A DNA stretch of 62,796 nt, the filler included, from Sphaeroforma arctica JP610 (Eukaryota), in NCBI RefSeq assembly GCF_001186125.1. It is 4 parts of one record of this genome, joined end to end, with 100 filler letters (N's around TTAATTAATTAA, not from the genome) between each part and the next. Parts side by side here need not be neighbours in the genome. Positions count along the whole stretch, not along the records: positions 1 to 11,994 come from NW_014040540.1; positions 12,095 to 31,205 come from NW_014040540.1; 2 more parts are not named here. The stretch is one strand, 5' to 3'. Made by a program: the position numbers and the translations under genes. Under the pieces are notes generated by a model. It saw only the letters and a program-made list of their open reading frames with translations, had not been told where the DNA came from and did not search any database. Positions 1-12,785 of the stretch are shown here, one piece after another (within the stretch, counting starts at the first letter, position 1; each line of letters opens with the position of its first letter).

Positions 1-127
1 ATACATACATACATACATACATATACATATATATATGTATATTTATATATATATATATATATATATTTATATCACAATCAGTCTCACACCACAAGTCATA
101 CCTATGATTCACTTTCGTGTACTACAG

Positions 128-1485
128 GCGAGGTGATACTATACAAGCTGGACCTGGACAACGTCTCGCACGTGTTCCCAATGCTGCAGTTCCAGGCACA
201 CCACGGTACGGTCAATGCCGTAGCACTCACAGACAACGGTGAGATCATGGTGTCGTGTGGGGTAGACAAGCAGCTGTGTGCCTGGAGTGTGGAAGATGGG
301 GCTCTGCTGTTCACAGCCTCGCTGGGATGTGTGTACACGTAAGTTTCAGAGTGCTGTAAGGATATCTGTTGTGGTCTCTCGCTTGCTGTTGCTAGACTAT
401 GGACTCTGGAGAGATACTACGGATACCACATCGACACTAATCGACAATTAATTCATCAATTCTATCGCAGTTGCCTGACCCTCAGTGGGGGGCTCATTTG
501 TGGTACAGATAGCACATTAACACTAATCGACAATTAATTCTTCAATTCTATTGTACTTGCCTGACCCTCAGCGGGCTCATTGTCCTGTGTGGTACGGATA
601 GCACATTAACACTTAATCGACAATTAATTCATTAATTCTATCGCAGTTGCCTGACCCTCAGTGGGCTCATTGTCCAGTGTGGTACGGATAGCACATCAAC
701 ACTAATCGACAATTAATTCATCAATTTTATTGCAGTTGCCTGACCCTCAGTGGGCTCATTGTCCTGTGTGGTACGGATAGCACATCAACACTAATCGACA
801 ATTAATTCATCAATTCAATTGCAGCTGCCTGACCCTAGTGGGCTCATTGTGCTGTGTGGTACGGATAGCACATCAACACTAGTCGACAATTAATACATCA
901 ATTCTATCGCAGTTGCCTGACCCTCAATGGGCCCATTGCCCTGTGTGGTACGGATAGCACATCAACAATAATTGACAATTAATTCCTCAATTCTATTGCA
1001 GTTGCCTGACCCTCAGTGGGCTCATTGTCCTGTGTGGTACGGATAGTGGCTATTTACATGCGTGGGATATTGCTGCTCACGCCCGGTTGTTCGTGGTTCA
1101 GGTCCATCCAGGTATGGAACCATAGGAAAAATAATTTTTATCTCAATTTGGATAAAGTTTTGTATAAAATTATTTATTTCAATTTGGATAAAGTTTTGTA
1201 TAATATTATTTTATTTCAGTTTGGATAAAGTTTTATATGTCTACATGTACATCAGGACCGTCACAGTGTGGGTTGTTTTCAGTCTTACAAATGAGCATGC
1301 TTGGTTGTCTTATACCTGCGTGACGTGATTTTCGGATACCTGACCTGGCCCTGTGTCACTGACAGTTCCTTTACGCCCTTTCGGTTCACCCAGACCCACT
1401 TAGCAGCTTGACGATATCGGAATGTGGGACGCAGATAGTGTGTGCGGTATCGTCAGGCGACATAGCAATCATTAAAATTAAATAG
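128..1485 (+). CDS. WD40-repeat protein, last three exons (128-338, 1002-1111, 1394-1485); 5' part lies outside the window
   Basis: AG/GT-bounded exons join in frame: QAHHGTVNAVALTDNGEIMVSCGVDKQLCAWSV / CLTLSGLIVLCGTDSGYLHAWDI / HPDPLSSLTISECGTQIVCAVSSGDIAIIKIK-stop (TAG 1483-1485); WD40-like spacing. Confidence 0.85.
427..1046 (+). repeat. Tandem array of about 7 x 88-89 bp units spanning an intron/exon acceptor junction
   Basis: Unit cacatcaacactaatcgacaattaattcatcaattctatcgcag|ttgcctgaccctcagtgggctcattgtcctgtgtggtacggatag repeats; the last unit is the true exon start. Confidence 0.95.
1130..1238 (+). repeat. Three AT-rich ~36 bp intronic repeats
   Basis: tttggataaagtttt(g)tata recurs near 1147, 1183 and 1220. 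Confidence 0.8.
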
Positions 1486-2272
1486 TGAGGATCCAGTAAC
1501 TACTGACAGCAACCTGTGACAACTCAACGAGTTTAACAACTCAAGATGGATGTATTGGACAGCGCAAGATCGGACTATAGCTGATGTCTCAGTGAGAACA
1601 GTATTCCAAGGAACACCACACGGTGACCATGCGTGTGTGACACGTGCGTGATGATGTTTACTCATCGGAAGAAGCAGGTGGACAGAGCTATAGCAAGGGC
1701 GGGGTAGATGCACGTGTTGGGAACACCGTGTAGTTGTGAGTAGACAGGGTTTCTGATTTCTTCCCATGCATATACACATGCGTACCTCCCCCATATGGTG
1801 CAGCTGACCAGATTTGCCTCAGAGGGTTGTGGGCCTGGGCTCACGTTGTACTCATGCAGTGGCCAGTAGGCTGCGCATATGTACGAAATAATCGGTTCAC
1901 TTTCGAACCCGAATTCATTGACCGTGGATGAGAAAAGCTCCGGCCGGGAATTGAGTAGTGAATCTAGATACGATGCTACACATCTCCTTCTGTAGATACA
2001 TAGGCACAAGAAGGCAACCACGCACACCCAGAACCGTACATTATGTATCCACACATACTTCACATAGGGCTATGCATAACTCAGCGCGGAGCAAGGATCG
2101 AGTGCCTTGGCATTGATATACATTGCCACAGCTGAGGTCGCGGGCGAGTCGGAGTCCATGGTCGTTAACACGGAACGTGGGAGGATTTGGGAACGGGATG
2201 CCAAGGAAGGGCGACGATGAATTCAATAGGAGAAGGTGTGGCCCTCTGGAAGTCTTGTCTCGGGGGATAGCG

Positions 2273-2325
2273 AATTGAATTGAATTGAATTGAGTTGAGT
2301 TGAATTGATTTGAATTGAATTGAAA
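2273..2325. repeat. (GAATT)n pentanucleotide microsatellite
   Basis: gaattgaattgaattgaattgagttgagttgaattg... Confidence 0.9.
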
Positions 2326-2501
2326 TAAATGAAATGTCTTGCGATGGGACGTGTTTCGCCCTGAACACCGGGGAGGCCTTCGGGGGGTCATGGAGAAGGT
2401 GCAGAGGTGTGTTGGGAATTAAGTATATCTATATGCACCGCATGGCGTCGTGTCATCTTACGCGTACGAAGGCGAGACGTACATTGCTAGTGTTGGCAAA
2501 T

Positions 2502-2737
2502 GAGAGGGGTATCTGTGACTACGATACCTTGAGGGGGGTATCTGTGCCTACGATACCTTGAGGGGGGTATCTGGACTACGATACCTTTAGAGGGGTATCT
2601 GTGACTACGATACCTTGAGGGGGGATCTGTGACTACGATACCTTGAGGGGGGTATCTGTGACTACGATACCTTGAGGGGGTAATCTGTGACTACGATACC
2701 TTGAGAGGAGTATCTGTGACTACGAAAGGTATCGTGA
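2502..2737. repeat. ~30 bp minisatellite, about 7 copies, with internal hairpin
   Basis: gggggtatctgtgactacgataccttga repeated head to tail; GGTATC/GATACC inverted within each unit. Confidence 0.95.
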
Positions 2738-3171
2738 AGGGATGGGAGCGGGCCCAGACCTGCGGCTCGACGACACACGCGCGAGCCACATTTTAACGCA
2801 ATGATGTCAAGGTTACAAGGATTCGAGGCCCTTTTCAGTCGGTACAAACCAATGCATGGACTGTTCTATAGGTAAATCAAGCACAGAGCGTAGTATGAAA
2901 ATGGATGAGAGATAGATGAACACATGAATCCCAAAGCAGTCCAAGGAGCCAGCAGCAGACAGGCCAGCTTCGGATTGCTGATGTTTTATATGACCTATTA
3001 AATTCACAGATGTAGGCACCTCAACAAACATCATCGTTCCCCAATTCGCTGGAAATAATCATCCGAACAAAAATAAATAAAAGAACGTCATTATAGTAGT
3101 TTCCTTTACTTCTCAGACTCGCTATTTAAACACGGGTCTATGTCTTCCCGAGTGTAGGTTAATGCTTAACG

Positions 3172-6100
3172 TTAGTCGTCCATCTCCAGCCACTGAGTGA
3201 CCTTGAGCCAGATCGCCTCACGGGCAGCCTTTACGTAGACAGAGTCGGTTGGCTTGGAGGGATGCGTCTGTGTCGAGTAAACAAAGCGTATGGACTTCAG
3301 TAAGTATTGAGAAATAGTGTGCTTAGCTGTCGTTTGCAGTGTGCAGTTCTACAGAGTAACGGGTTTCACACAACAAGAAAGATCAAGAAACGAAATCTAC
3401 GGTGACAGGTTGACAGAGCACTGTCTATGTCACAGCAAGGTTGGTAGCGCTGGTTCATTTGCCGCTGCCAGCAGAACCGTTGTTCTAAGTAAGTGCTATC
3501 GTGCGGGCGATACATACCCATGCATGGTGACTCGCCCCTTTGACCCACAGCTGTAAGTGAGAGTGAGAGCAAACAGGGGAGTGGATTAGATGCCCAGTCC
3601 AACCACAGAGAAAATATGGTGTGGAACCATACCATGGAGAAAATTAGATTGTGAAGCCATACAATAGAAAAAAATAAAGTAAAGCCACCCCATAATGAAG
3701 GTGTAATGGATGGGAGGCACTACCACAACCGCCTTGGACGCTGGGCAACTACAGCACAAGATTCAGCTATTTGCAAAAGGACGCTGCCCGGACGTAACTC
3801 GAACAGGAGCCCTAGCACTACTCTAAATATAAATGTCGCACCCAATCATGCAACGCTGGCGTAGTTTTATCGCACTAGTACAAAACACAGCAATCACGTT
3901 TCTGTACACAATCCGTACCCTAGCCTCTCTGTCACTGTTTCACTGTATCACTGTTACTGTCACTGGAGCAGGGGCAGCACACTATTGACTAATCAAGGAT
4001 CAATGCATACGACACTATTGACCATCCAAGCATTGCTGCTTCCCGCGAGAAACAAGATCCACAATCCCAAAACACAAACAGATTGCATACGGTAGAACAC
4101 ACTTTACGGATGCAGGGTCAAATAGCCTCAGCAGAGTCTCGTGTATCTGTACGGCTTGCCAATCACAAGTTGATCTGATTCGATACGATGACACAAACCC
4201 TTGATCGACGCTCAGACGATTGATTGAACACTTAATAAAAAACAGGACTCGATTGCACCCGAATAAGATATGCAACCCTTACCGTCGCCTCTCGCACACT
4301 GGGAGTGTACAACACACTGTTGGCCATCCAGGGATCAATGCTGCCGGAGGGGAACATGATACGAGAGCCCTGGATACGGTCACCGCCGTAGAAGTCGTTG
4401 GTGAGATCGACATTCTCGCGCACTTCGGCAGGGCTGATGTTGAACAGCTGTTGACACTGGTCCGTGAAGGTCTTGATGGTGTGCAGGCCCTGGGTGAAGG
4501 GGCAGTCAGTGTTTTTCTCACAGGTTTGGAAGAAGCCGACTTCGGTGCAAACCTGGGGTTTTTTTTGGCGAATACAGGCGTAAATAAACCAAACCAAAGG
4601 CATGTCATGAGTACGTGAGTCGATTAGTACACCAGCTGTACGTACACATTCTATCGCAGATACTTGAGTTTAGAATTTGGGTGCGTACGCAGACCTTGCC
4701 CTGAGTGCTGGTACGAAAGTACCACACTCCAGTCAAACGAAAGGCGCTGTGGTTAGTATATGCGGTAGCGCTCTCCAACAGGCTTTGCCTTCACAAGTCG
4801 CCTGCCGAGCCAGTGATGGCCCTGAACAATGAACTGGCTAATGCTAAGCTACACAGGCATTGGTCAAGGCACACTGCGAAAGCTAAGCCACACAGGCTTT
4901 AAACAATGAAGTGGATACCTACCTGGAACTGCCACATGCGGTCGTTCTGTTCGCCGTCACTGCCATCCTCAACACCGACAACCATAAGGGATGGTGTCAC
5001 GGCGTTGGGACTGACATCTTGACATGTGTCAATGGTGTGCCCGGGGTATCGCAGAGCCAGTGACAGTTGTGTGACCTTCTCTCGATGGCTCGCCGACCTG
5101 CCAATGAGAAGCATCAGCGTTAGCATATACGTTTAACTCGATCATCAAGTACGGGGTCCCTATCCGGGGTTCATCTGCAACTACACACCTACACTAGCTT
5201 GTTATAGAGCTAAATAGCTAAACGAGGAATCAGATACGTTCATCTCGAGACTCGAATCTGCATCGCACTACGAATGGGCTGAACACCATCGTGAAACGAC
5301 GCACAGCTCTTAGCAAGTGCCGTTCTCCTTCTCATTCGCAGTCGCTGCACACCCTCGACTACTCAAACAACAACTCATACCGCACATCCAAGCACGAGAA
5401 TGCAAGTATCACCGATACCCCACAAAGCACCTGCGCCTTACTTTGTCTTGTCGTCTCTCTTTCAAACAGCAACTCATACCACACATCCAAGCACGAGAAT
5501 GCAAGTATCAACGATACCCCACAAAGCACCTGCGCCTTACTTTGTCTTGTCGTCTCTTTCAAACAGCAACTCATACCACACATCCAAGCACGAGAATGCA
5601 ACTAACAAAGATACCCCACAGAGCACCTGCGCCTTACTTTCTCTTGTCGTCTCTGAGGAATCCACAGATCTTTTCGATGTTGCACAGTTCCTTCTCACAC
5701 GCGGGATCGTTTCCTTGCCAGTCGAATGAGAACACTCCCGTGCCGGCGAACGTGCGCTGCGCCTGAGGTTCCTTGAGAGCGTCGGCTCCTGTAATCCGAC
5801 AAAAGTCGTACAAATTCACCTTGTCAGATATGTAAATGGCACTAATTTACGTTGTCAAATATGTAAATGGCACTAATTTACAATGTCAAATACGTAGACG
5901 GTACTGTGAGCCGAGGAGTTGTCACAGTGAATACTATGGGCATGTGCAGAGAGAGAGTGAGGGAGCAGTTCCGTAGTTGTACCATCCGCCAGAGACTGAC
6001 CGCGACGCAAAGACTACCGACAGGTGAAAACCATATCATAGGAAGCTTCAATGAAGTGTGCCACGACACCTGACTAAAACCCTAAACCTTGAGACAAACT

Positions 6101-6924
6101 CACACTACACCAGGCAGACAAGTACACACATACACACACCTCCACACAGATGGAAGGATTCGATTAATTCGGCCTGGCCGTCCTTGGACTCAAGCAGCTC
6201 TCCAATCTCCGCATGAGCTGCACTAATGATAGTACGACACTCGTCCGACCCTCCGACCAACGGCTCGGCTATGGCTTGTCCAACAACGTTGTAGTAGCCC
6301 TGGAAGTCGTATTCTGGAGAGTAGCAAAGGTTGAAAGACCATTGTTGTAGTAATTTGGGAAGTCGGTATCTGAAAGTGACAAATATTGGTAAGCTGGCAT
6401 TGAAGAAATCGGATACACATCAATGAATAGTCTTGATGATCATGTTCCGAAAGCTGGAGACAATAGTTACAACCGCGTTGATTGGCCAAGGATACAATCA
6501 AAGTTATAAGACCCACACAAAAACAGACCACGATATCACACACATTTGAACTGCCATTACAGGCCACTACACCAAACATGTCTCTGTCACACATACATAC
6601 AAAAACTTCAATGCGCGAATAAACGCACGCACACACACCCTCGAACAAACCAACAAACCCTTCTCACAGGCACGACATACCGGCTCGCACAGGGGCACTG
6701 GATGCGATAGAGGCATGGAACTGGTGGGGGTATTTCAGACGGGCCCATGCGGCTAACATGCCAGGGTACGACCCACCCCAGGTCACCCACTTGTTCTTGC
6801 TGGACAAGCGGAACCTGAGTATAAGAAGAGATACGAGTGTTACATTATTTAGGTTATTGTTTCTATTGTACGGTGGGGGATAGAGGTGGACATGGTTGGG
6901 TAGGCGCCACACTACATAACCCGA

Positions 6925-7005
<81 letters not shown>

Positions 7006-7050
7006 ATGTGTGTGTGTGTGTATGTACGTATATAACATGGACATATATGC

Positions 7051-7081
<31 letters not shown>

Positions 7082-9414
7082 GATACATTTATATACATGG
7101 TGATCCAAATTAATAACTTACCGCTTCACAATGTGGGTGTGGAAGGCAGACAAATCTGCCAGAGCTTGCTTTGAGGAGAGGTAGCGGAGGTCCTCGGTTT
7201 CGAAAGACTTGGTAGGCGAGCTTTTACCGTAGTATCTGTCAGGGCAAATCAAAGTTACAGATGTTATGCTGTGCATTCGACACTGATCATGCCAAAATAC
7301 TCTTTCAACTGATGAGATACACAATATATACATGGGCCGAGAGCCTTGTGAGAGCTACGTAGCTGCATTGCATCCGGCGTGTTGAACATGCCCGTACGTA
7401 CCACCTAAGTGTGTCTTTACAACCAGTCAATCGATACCAACATAATCCAACATAGACTATGTGACTATAATCCATTGAACTCAGAAGACTCAGAACGATG
7501 CCATACGCATAGCGTATATACCGGCACATCCGATGACCACGCGGAACTGCCCAGTCAGCAACAGCTACAACATATATAAGACTAATCACATGCCTTGTGT
7601 CTACGCTGCAAGTATCACTCTCCCACACACACCTGTGTTCAATGGACACCATCAGACCGCCCACCTTAGGCATGAGCTCGACGGCATCGTTGCAGTGCAC
7701 GCTATTCTTGACACTCTTAGACGTTAGCGAGGGCCCCTCTCCACCCACACACAGGAATATAGGCCCATCCGAGCCTGCCTTGAAGTAGGTCTCGTTCACA
7801 AAGTACCTCTGCGCGAAGATGCGGCGATCGAGATTGTCGAAGTGGTTCACACGCTGTTGGACCCTGTATCGCGCGTGGGTTGGGATTGCGACAATACTTA
7901 CTTATTTGTGGTATGGTTATGGTATTCACTGATAAAAATTGATTCCTATTTAGGAAGCTATGGTATCCACTGATAAAGATTGTTTCCTATTTAGGAAGTC
8001 TATTGCAGCTAGTCGACGATCGCATTTGAATTTGTCGAACCGGCTTACACTCTTTCAACCACAACATCGTGAGTACTTTTCGCTCACGACATGTAATTGG
8101 TGTAGCAAGATGTTGTCTACTACAGCCAATACAAGCATATTGAACACTGACGTTGTAATACATTGGGATTGTATTTGTAATACTAATCCAGCGGTCTTTC
8201 GAGATTAAAGACATATTTAAACACTTGTCCTTTTTTGCATACATGCATAACAAGGAGTCTATGACATGACAGGCAACCGAAGAGAACCTTAGTACTGGCC
8301 GTCTGAATTTCCGATTCCCGCGTTTGTCATACACAATTAGCCATATACACACAGGAAGCTCCGTATCAAGTGAACCAACCTAGTCTACAGATTACATATA
8401 TCAGTTACACCAGGCTCGGCAATCTAGGAGAAGGGTTTCGTAAAACCCTAAAACTATCAGATGAAATGTGACAGCGGCACGTAGTATTGTTTGCCAATGA
8501 TAGCTATCTTTGCCAACGATATGAAACCTAATTGGACGGTGCTGCATACGCAGACACTCACAGACATGTAGTGAGCGATGACAATCGATTTATGATAAAG
8601 CCAGAACAATTATCGGAACACTTTGAGATTACATAGCTGGAGGCGTTAATACACTGGATTGGTGTATAAGAGATATCATTTATACTGTGCCACTTCTTGC
8701 AATAGGGAACAAGTTACAAGACCGGCTTGCGTATTGACATCGGCCTTGCACATCAACATATACATGTATAATCGATAGGAATGAAATGCGACAATTGCCA
8801 TATACGTGTATGCACCTACTCGATACTGTGAATAAATGCATTCCAAACACGCGATAATCAACAAAGGAAAGCCATTATTCCTTACTGGACTACACCGGCG
8901 CTTAAGGTGAGCCCATGAGAACAACCTGTACTATATGTTAGCATATATATATACACAAGCACGCACACAAAAAGCCAGCAGGCTAATGTGTGTAAGTTTT
9001 GACCCAAGAAACAACTAGACTATACTTTAAAAAAACATGATATCCATTGATGCCCACTCACTGGTGCTCCGTGAACTTACGTTTCTTATTTAACTACTTC
9101 CTAACATACAAACACACAAACACGCACGCCACACACCAACAATATATGACACTGTTCATGCAAAAAAAAACAATTAAGATACATCTCGGATGTACTTGAT
9201 ATAAAAGTTAATGTACTTAGCATTTTTTTAGTGAACATAATATTCGACGTTCCACATACCATTGCTCCGTGAAATCGTCTTTCACATCGTTGCTTCCCTT
9301 GGACAACACAAGCTCAGCAAAGGCCGTCTCACCTTCTGCAATGACGCTGAAAAGAGGGTTGGCTCTAACTGCAGCAGCTGCCAGTAGAATCTGTAACACC
9401 ACTGAAGACAACAT
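3172..9414 (-). CDS. Secreted serine carboxypeptidase, peptidase family S28 (PRSS16/PRCP-like), multi-exon
   Basis: Signal peptide [18 protein letters not shown]; motifs [44 protein letters not shown], catalytic [40 protein letters not shown] (33-nt exon 3550-3518); stop at 3172-3174. Approximate exons: 9414-9260, 7863-7633, 7235-7122, 6814-6680, 6313-6139, 5787-5638, 5097-4923, 4552-4283, 3550-3518, 3267-3172. Confidence 0.92.
5362..5655 (-). repeat. 3 x ~98 bp tandem repeat containing an exon end and GTAAGG donor of the S28 gene
   Basis: gcacctgcgccttactttgtcttgtcgtctct recurs with gccttac at about 5435, 5534 and 5631. Confidence 0.9.
6927..7078. repeat. (TA)n/(TG)n microsatellite in intron
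   Basis: Direct dinucleotide runs. Confidence 0.95.
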
Positions 9415-11071
9415 GCTTTAGTACTGGACGAACAAACAAGGATTTATAGTGTTGTGAAGTCCTCTCCAGTAGGAAAGCTATGTATTTAACTATATTCACT
9501 TTATATGCTCATAGAGATATGTATTCATATTAGACTTTCTTTTGGATCTATATAGACTATATAGATACAATCACTTTAGCATTCTTTCTTAAACGTACAG
9601 TAAACGTTCTAACGTGAACGCGGAAATGATTTTTTACGTTTAACGTAAATAAATTAACAGCTCACTCATAAGTCATAGCCTTCTAAACTGAACAGCTCAC
9701 TCGAGAATGACAGTAATGATACAATTGTACGTTTAACTTTAACGCGAAGACGATTGATTTCAAACCGTTTTAACAAGACGGATGTCACAATGTGTCATCG
9801 GCATTCGGCTCGAGAATCGGAGGGTTAAATAAATCCATATCATTGGTCTACACAGTGGTGTCAGCATGTCAGTTATAAGACTGATGACATTGATGTCACT
9901 ATTCACACCCAAACTTCTGGACTGTCCGCATTCTGCAGTCATAGATTTCTGAAGAATATGTATGATTCCAAGCAACGCTCCCAATTCTAATACTGTGTAT
10001 ATGAGCTAGAGCTACCCCAAGCAGATGCAGATTCACAATTAACTACTCAACACTTTATATAATTGGACTTCGAACCCGTCGACAACATCACCAATATGTA
10101 ACTTTGGCCTTACTTACAAGCATCGCGGTGTAGTCATAAAGTATGAAGGCATCGATTTTGTCCTGTCGACATATGGTTTCGAGAGTGATGACTCGGTGGA
10201 ATTCAAGTTTCAGGGCGACGTAGTCACGCACACAATTATTGATGTCTCAAATCTACAGATACCGTCTTGAAGTCGGGACTTGAATTTCAGGTATATCATA
10301 CTTCATACATCTATCGTATTGTTCCTGTTGTGTGATAAGTATATTCATTTCCGTGAATGTGCACAGTATCCTCCACCGTCCCAATACAAGCACGAATTTT
10401 TAGCAAGGGGCCAATGCCTCCTCGCTTTGTTTATCTTTATGCACGTTTCTGCATCAAGGGATTTTGGCTATCACCGCAAGGGTTTACCAGATGTCAGGAT
10501 ATATTTTCCTACATATTGGATTTCTATTTTTCGTCGAAAGCAACTCAATTGGTCTAAAAACAAATAAAGAGTTGGGACAAGTTTTGCGTGGCGACCTGTA
10601 TGTCTGGATCTGATAGCTTATCGAAAGTCACACGCCGGGTTTATAAATTTACAGAATAGAAACATAGAATGTTTCGTTGCTTGTTTTGCATTATACAGCA
10701 GGCTGTATGTTCAGAATACATATATTCTGTCAAACACGGTTTTCAAGGTTACAGAACAAAGGTTCTGGTCACCGGGGTGAAAGCGCGAGTTGCCAGTGTG
10801 TGTGTCATGCTGACCAGCTCAGATATTTGGGTATATCAACAAAACGTGGATGATCTGAAGCTGTCACTATTTCGCCTGCAGACTAGAATGCTGCAGTACA
10901 TACACAGCATTAATAGACACATTTGTCCACATCGCTCATCGAGTTCATCAGGTAGATAGTGTCGCTTGATTGTATGATTAGATCAAGGACTATCAAGATG
11001 CCATTCTACTGTATTGGATTGATATCCGATTATCGTGCATACTTTAATGTAGTGAGGTTCGTGCACTTCTT

Positions 11072-11325
11072 CTAAAGGGAAATAAACTGCTGCGTATAAT
11101 AGTACTTGAGTCCGCTATATATCAGAAACCCACTTGGTCCAAACAAAAGGGTAGACAATAGACAAGGAATGACCAGAAAGTACGGTATCGTAGTGCCCAG
11201 GGCGTCTCTCGAGATCATTGCTCCCACAGCGAGGTCAAAGCATAAGTAGTGTGTCCAGCATCCATTAAGTACCCATGCGTCGCCCCGTTGAAAGATGTTC
11301 ATCACCCCACGAAGAGATGTGAAGC
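11072..11325 (-). CDS. ABA4-like / DUF4281 family membrane protein, terminal exon; upstream exons not resolved (possibly in the gap)
   Basis: FTSLRGVMNIF...CWTHYLCFDLAVGAMISRDA...IPCLLSTLLFGPSGFLIY matches the WxHxLxFDL...GPxG signature; polypyrimidine-CAG acceptor at 11326-11328. Confidence 0.75.
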
Positions 11326-11856
11326 CTGAGAGAAGGCCGCGTAGACAAAGCGAGCGAGCATGAGCTTAGAAAAGCTACAGGATAGACAATAGTTCGCGAT
11401 ATGCGCGTACACACGGTGGCGTGTCTAATTTTCAGTGTGCGTAGAGTGTATAGCGTGAGACATGCGACCAGTAGAATCTGAGTCGAGGACTGCAGTATAA
11501 CTCACGAGACGTGCGAACTTCAAACTATTTTCACGACTATAGCAGCTGAATAATCAGTGTCAGAGACTGATCAGTTGTAAATGAGAAGTAAAAACTCATT
11601 TCTGCTACAAATCTGAAAAGGGATACTTGACAGAGGAACATTGAATTTCAATTACTATACAAGCATGCCTAGTGAGGGAGGTAGCACATTCACTTGGAAA
11701 ACAAGGTTAGGTATCGATTAAGTAACATTCGGGACTTGTCCACATTACGATACAAGTCAGTATACGAAAATATGCATTCATACTTTATCTAAATAAAAGA
11801 CGTCATACGCGTACGCATACGCTTATGCAAGTACAAAATATTTCTAAACACAGGTG

Positions 11857-11994
<138 letters not shown>

Positions 11995-12785
11995 NNNNNN
12001 NNNNNNNNNNNNNNNNNNNNNNNNNNNNNNNNNNNNNNTTAATTAATTAANNNNNNNNNNNNNNNNNNNNNNNNNNNNNNNNNNNNNNNNNNNNCTGTTT
12101 TAGGTTGTATCATTTGCTACCTATTGTACTGCACACTGGTAGCGGACCAGGCTCATTCTGTAATGTTGTCTCTGCTTTCAATTATTATCGTGTAGGTTAT
12201 ATTATTTTACAACTGTCTCTGATCTCTTGTTCTTGGCTGAAAAGCTATGCATGATATGACTTTTGCACTTGGCAACTATAGACAACCCAAATAGGCGTCT
12301 TTGACTGTGTGGTATAGAGTTAAAGACATCCGCTGCCGCTGGCCTTTCGCACGTTAAAAAAAACTAACAGCTCCCAGACTCGCACTTAGGAACGACAGAT
12401 TGTGCTTTATACGGCATATTGAGCCCAGAGAATATGACAAGTACAAGTTCTGCAGCTCAACCACTTTTATATCCCGTACGTAGAGCAATATTTCCGGAAT
12501 TCATTAAGTACATATGTGTAGCTCGGGTTTTTGGTGTAAATTCATCTTGCTAGATCTTGAAAATCGCCACTTATATTTGACTACCCACCTGAGTGTAACA
12601 GACACATACTTTGCATATCGCCCGCTTGGCATTCGCGCAGATAAACAACAGACTATCCTGGTTGCGAACCTCACATGCCCTCGCCATGACTAATAAAGTC
12701 ATTCACCATAGGTAGCGTACAGAAGAGCACGGTCATCTGAATTTATAAGAACCAGTTATAATTTGTAGCCCTGCGTAGCACAGCT

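Noticed and set aside
427..1046. CRISPR-like or mutually exclusive exon array
   Set aside because: No variable spacers; copies are truncated exon starts running into stops, and the internal GTACGG donor would give a frame-shifting 35-nt exon
2502..2737. CRISPR-like ~30 bp palindromic repeats
   Set aside because: Units are contiguous with no unique spacers, no cas genes, eukaryotic context
12039..12050. TTAATTAATTAA embedded in N runs (also at about 31250 and 45552)
   Set aside because: Identical six-frame stop spacer inside gaps; assembly artefact, not biology
12244..12256. gctatgcatgata shared with 19107-19119 as a possible target-site duplication
   Set aside because: Not followed by a left terminal repeat, and 13-mer matches are expected by chance in a window this size
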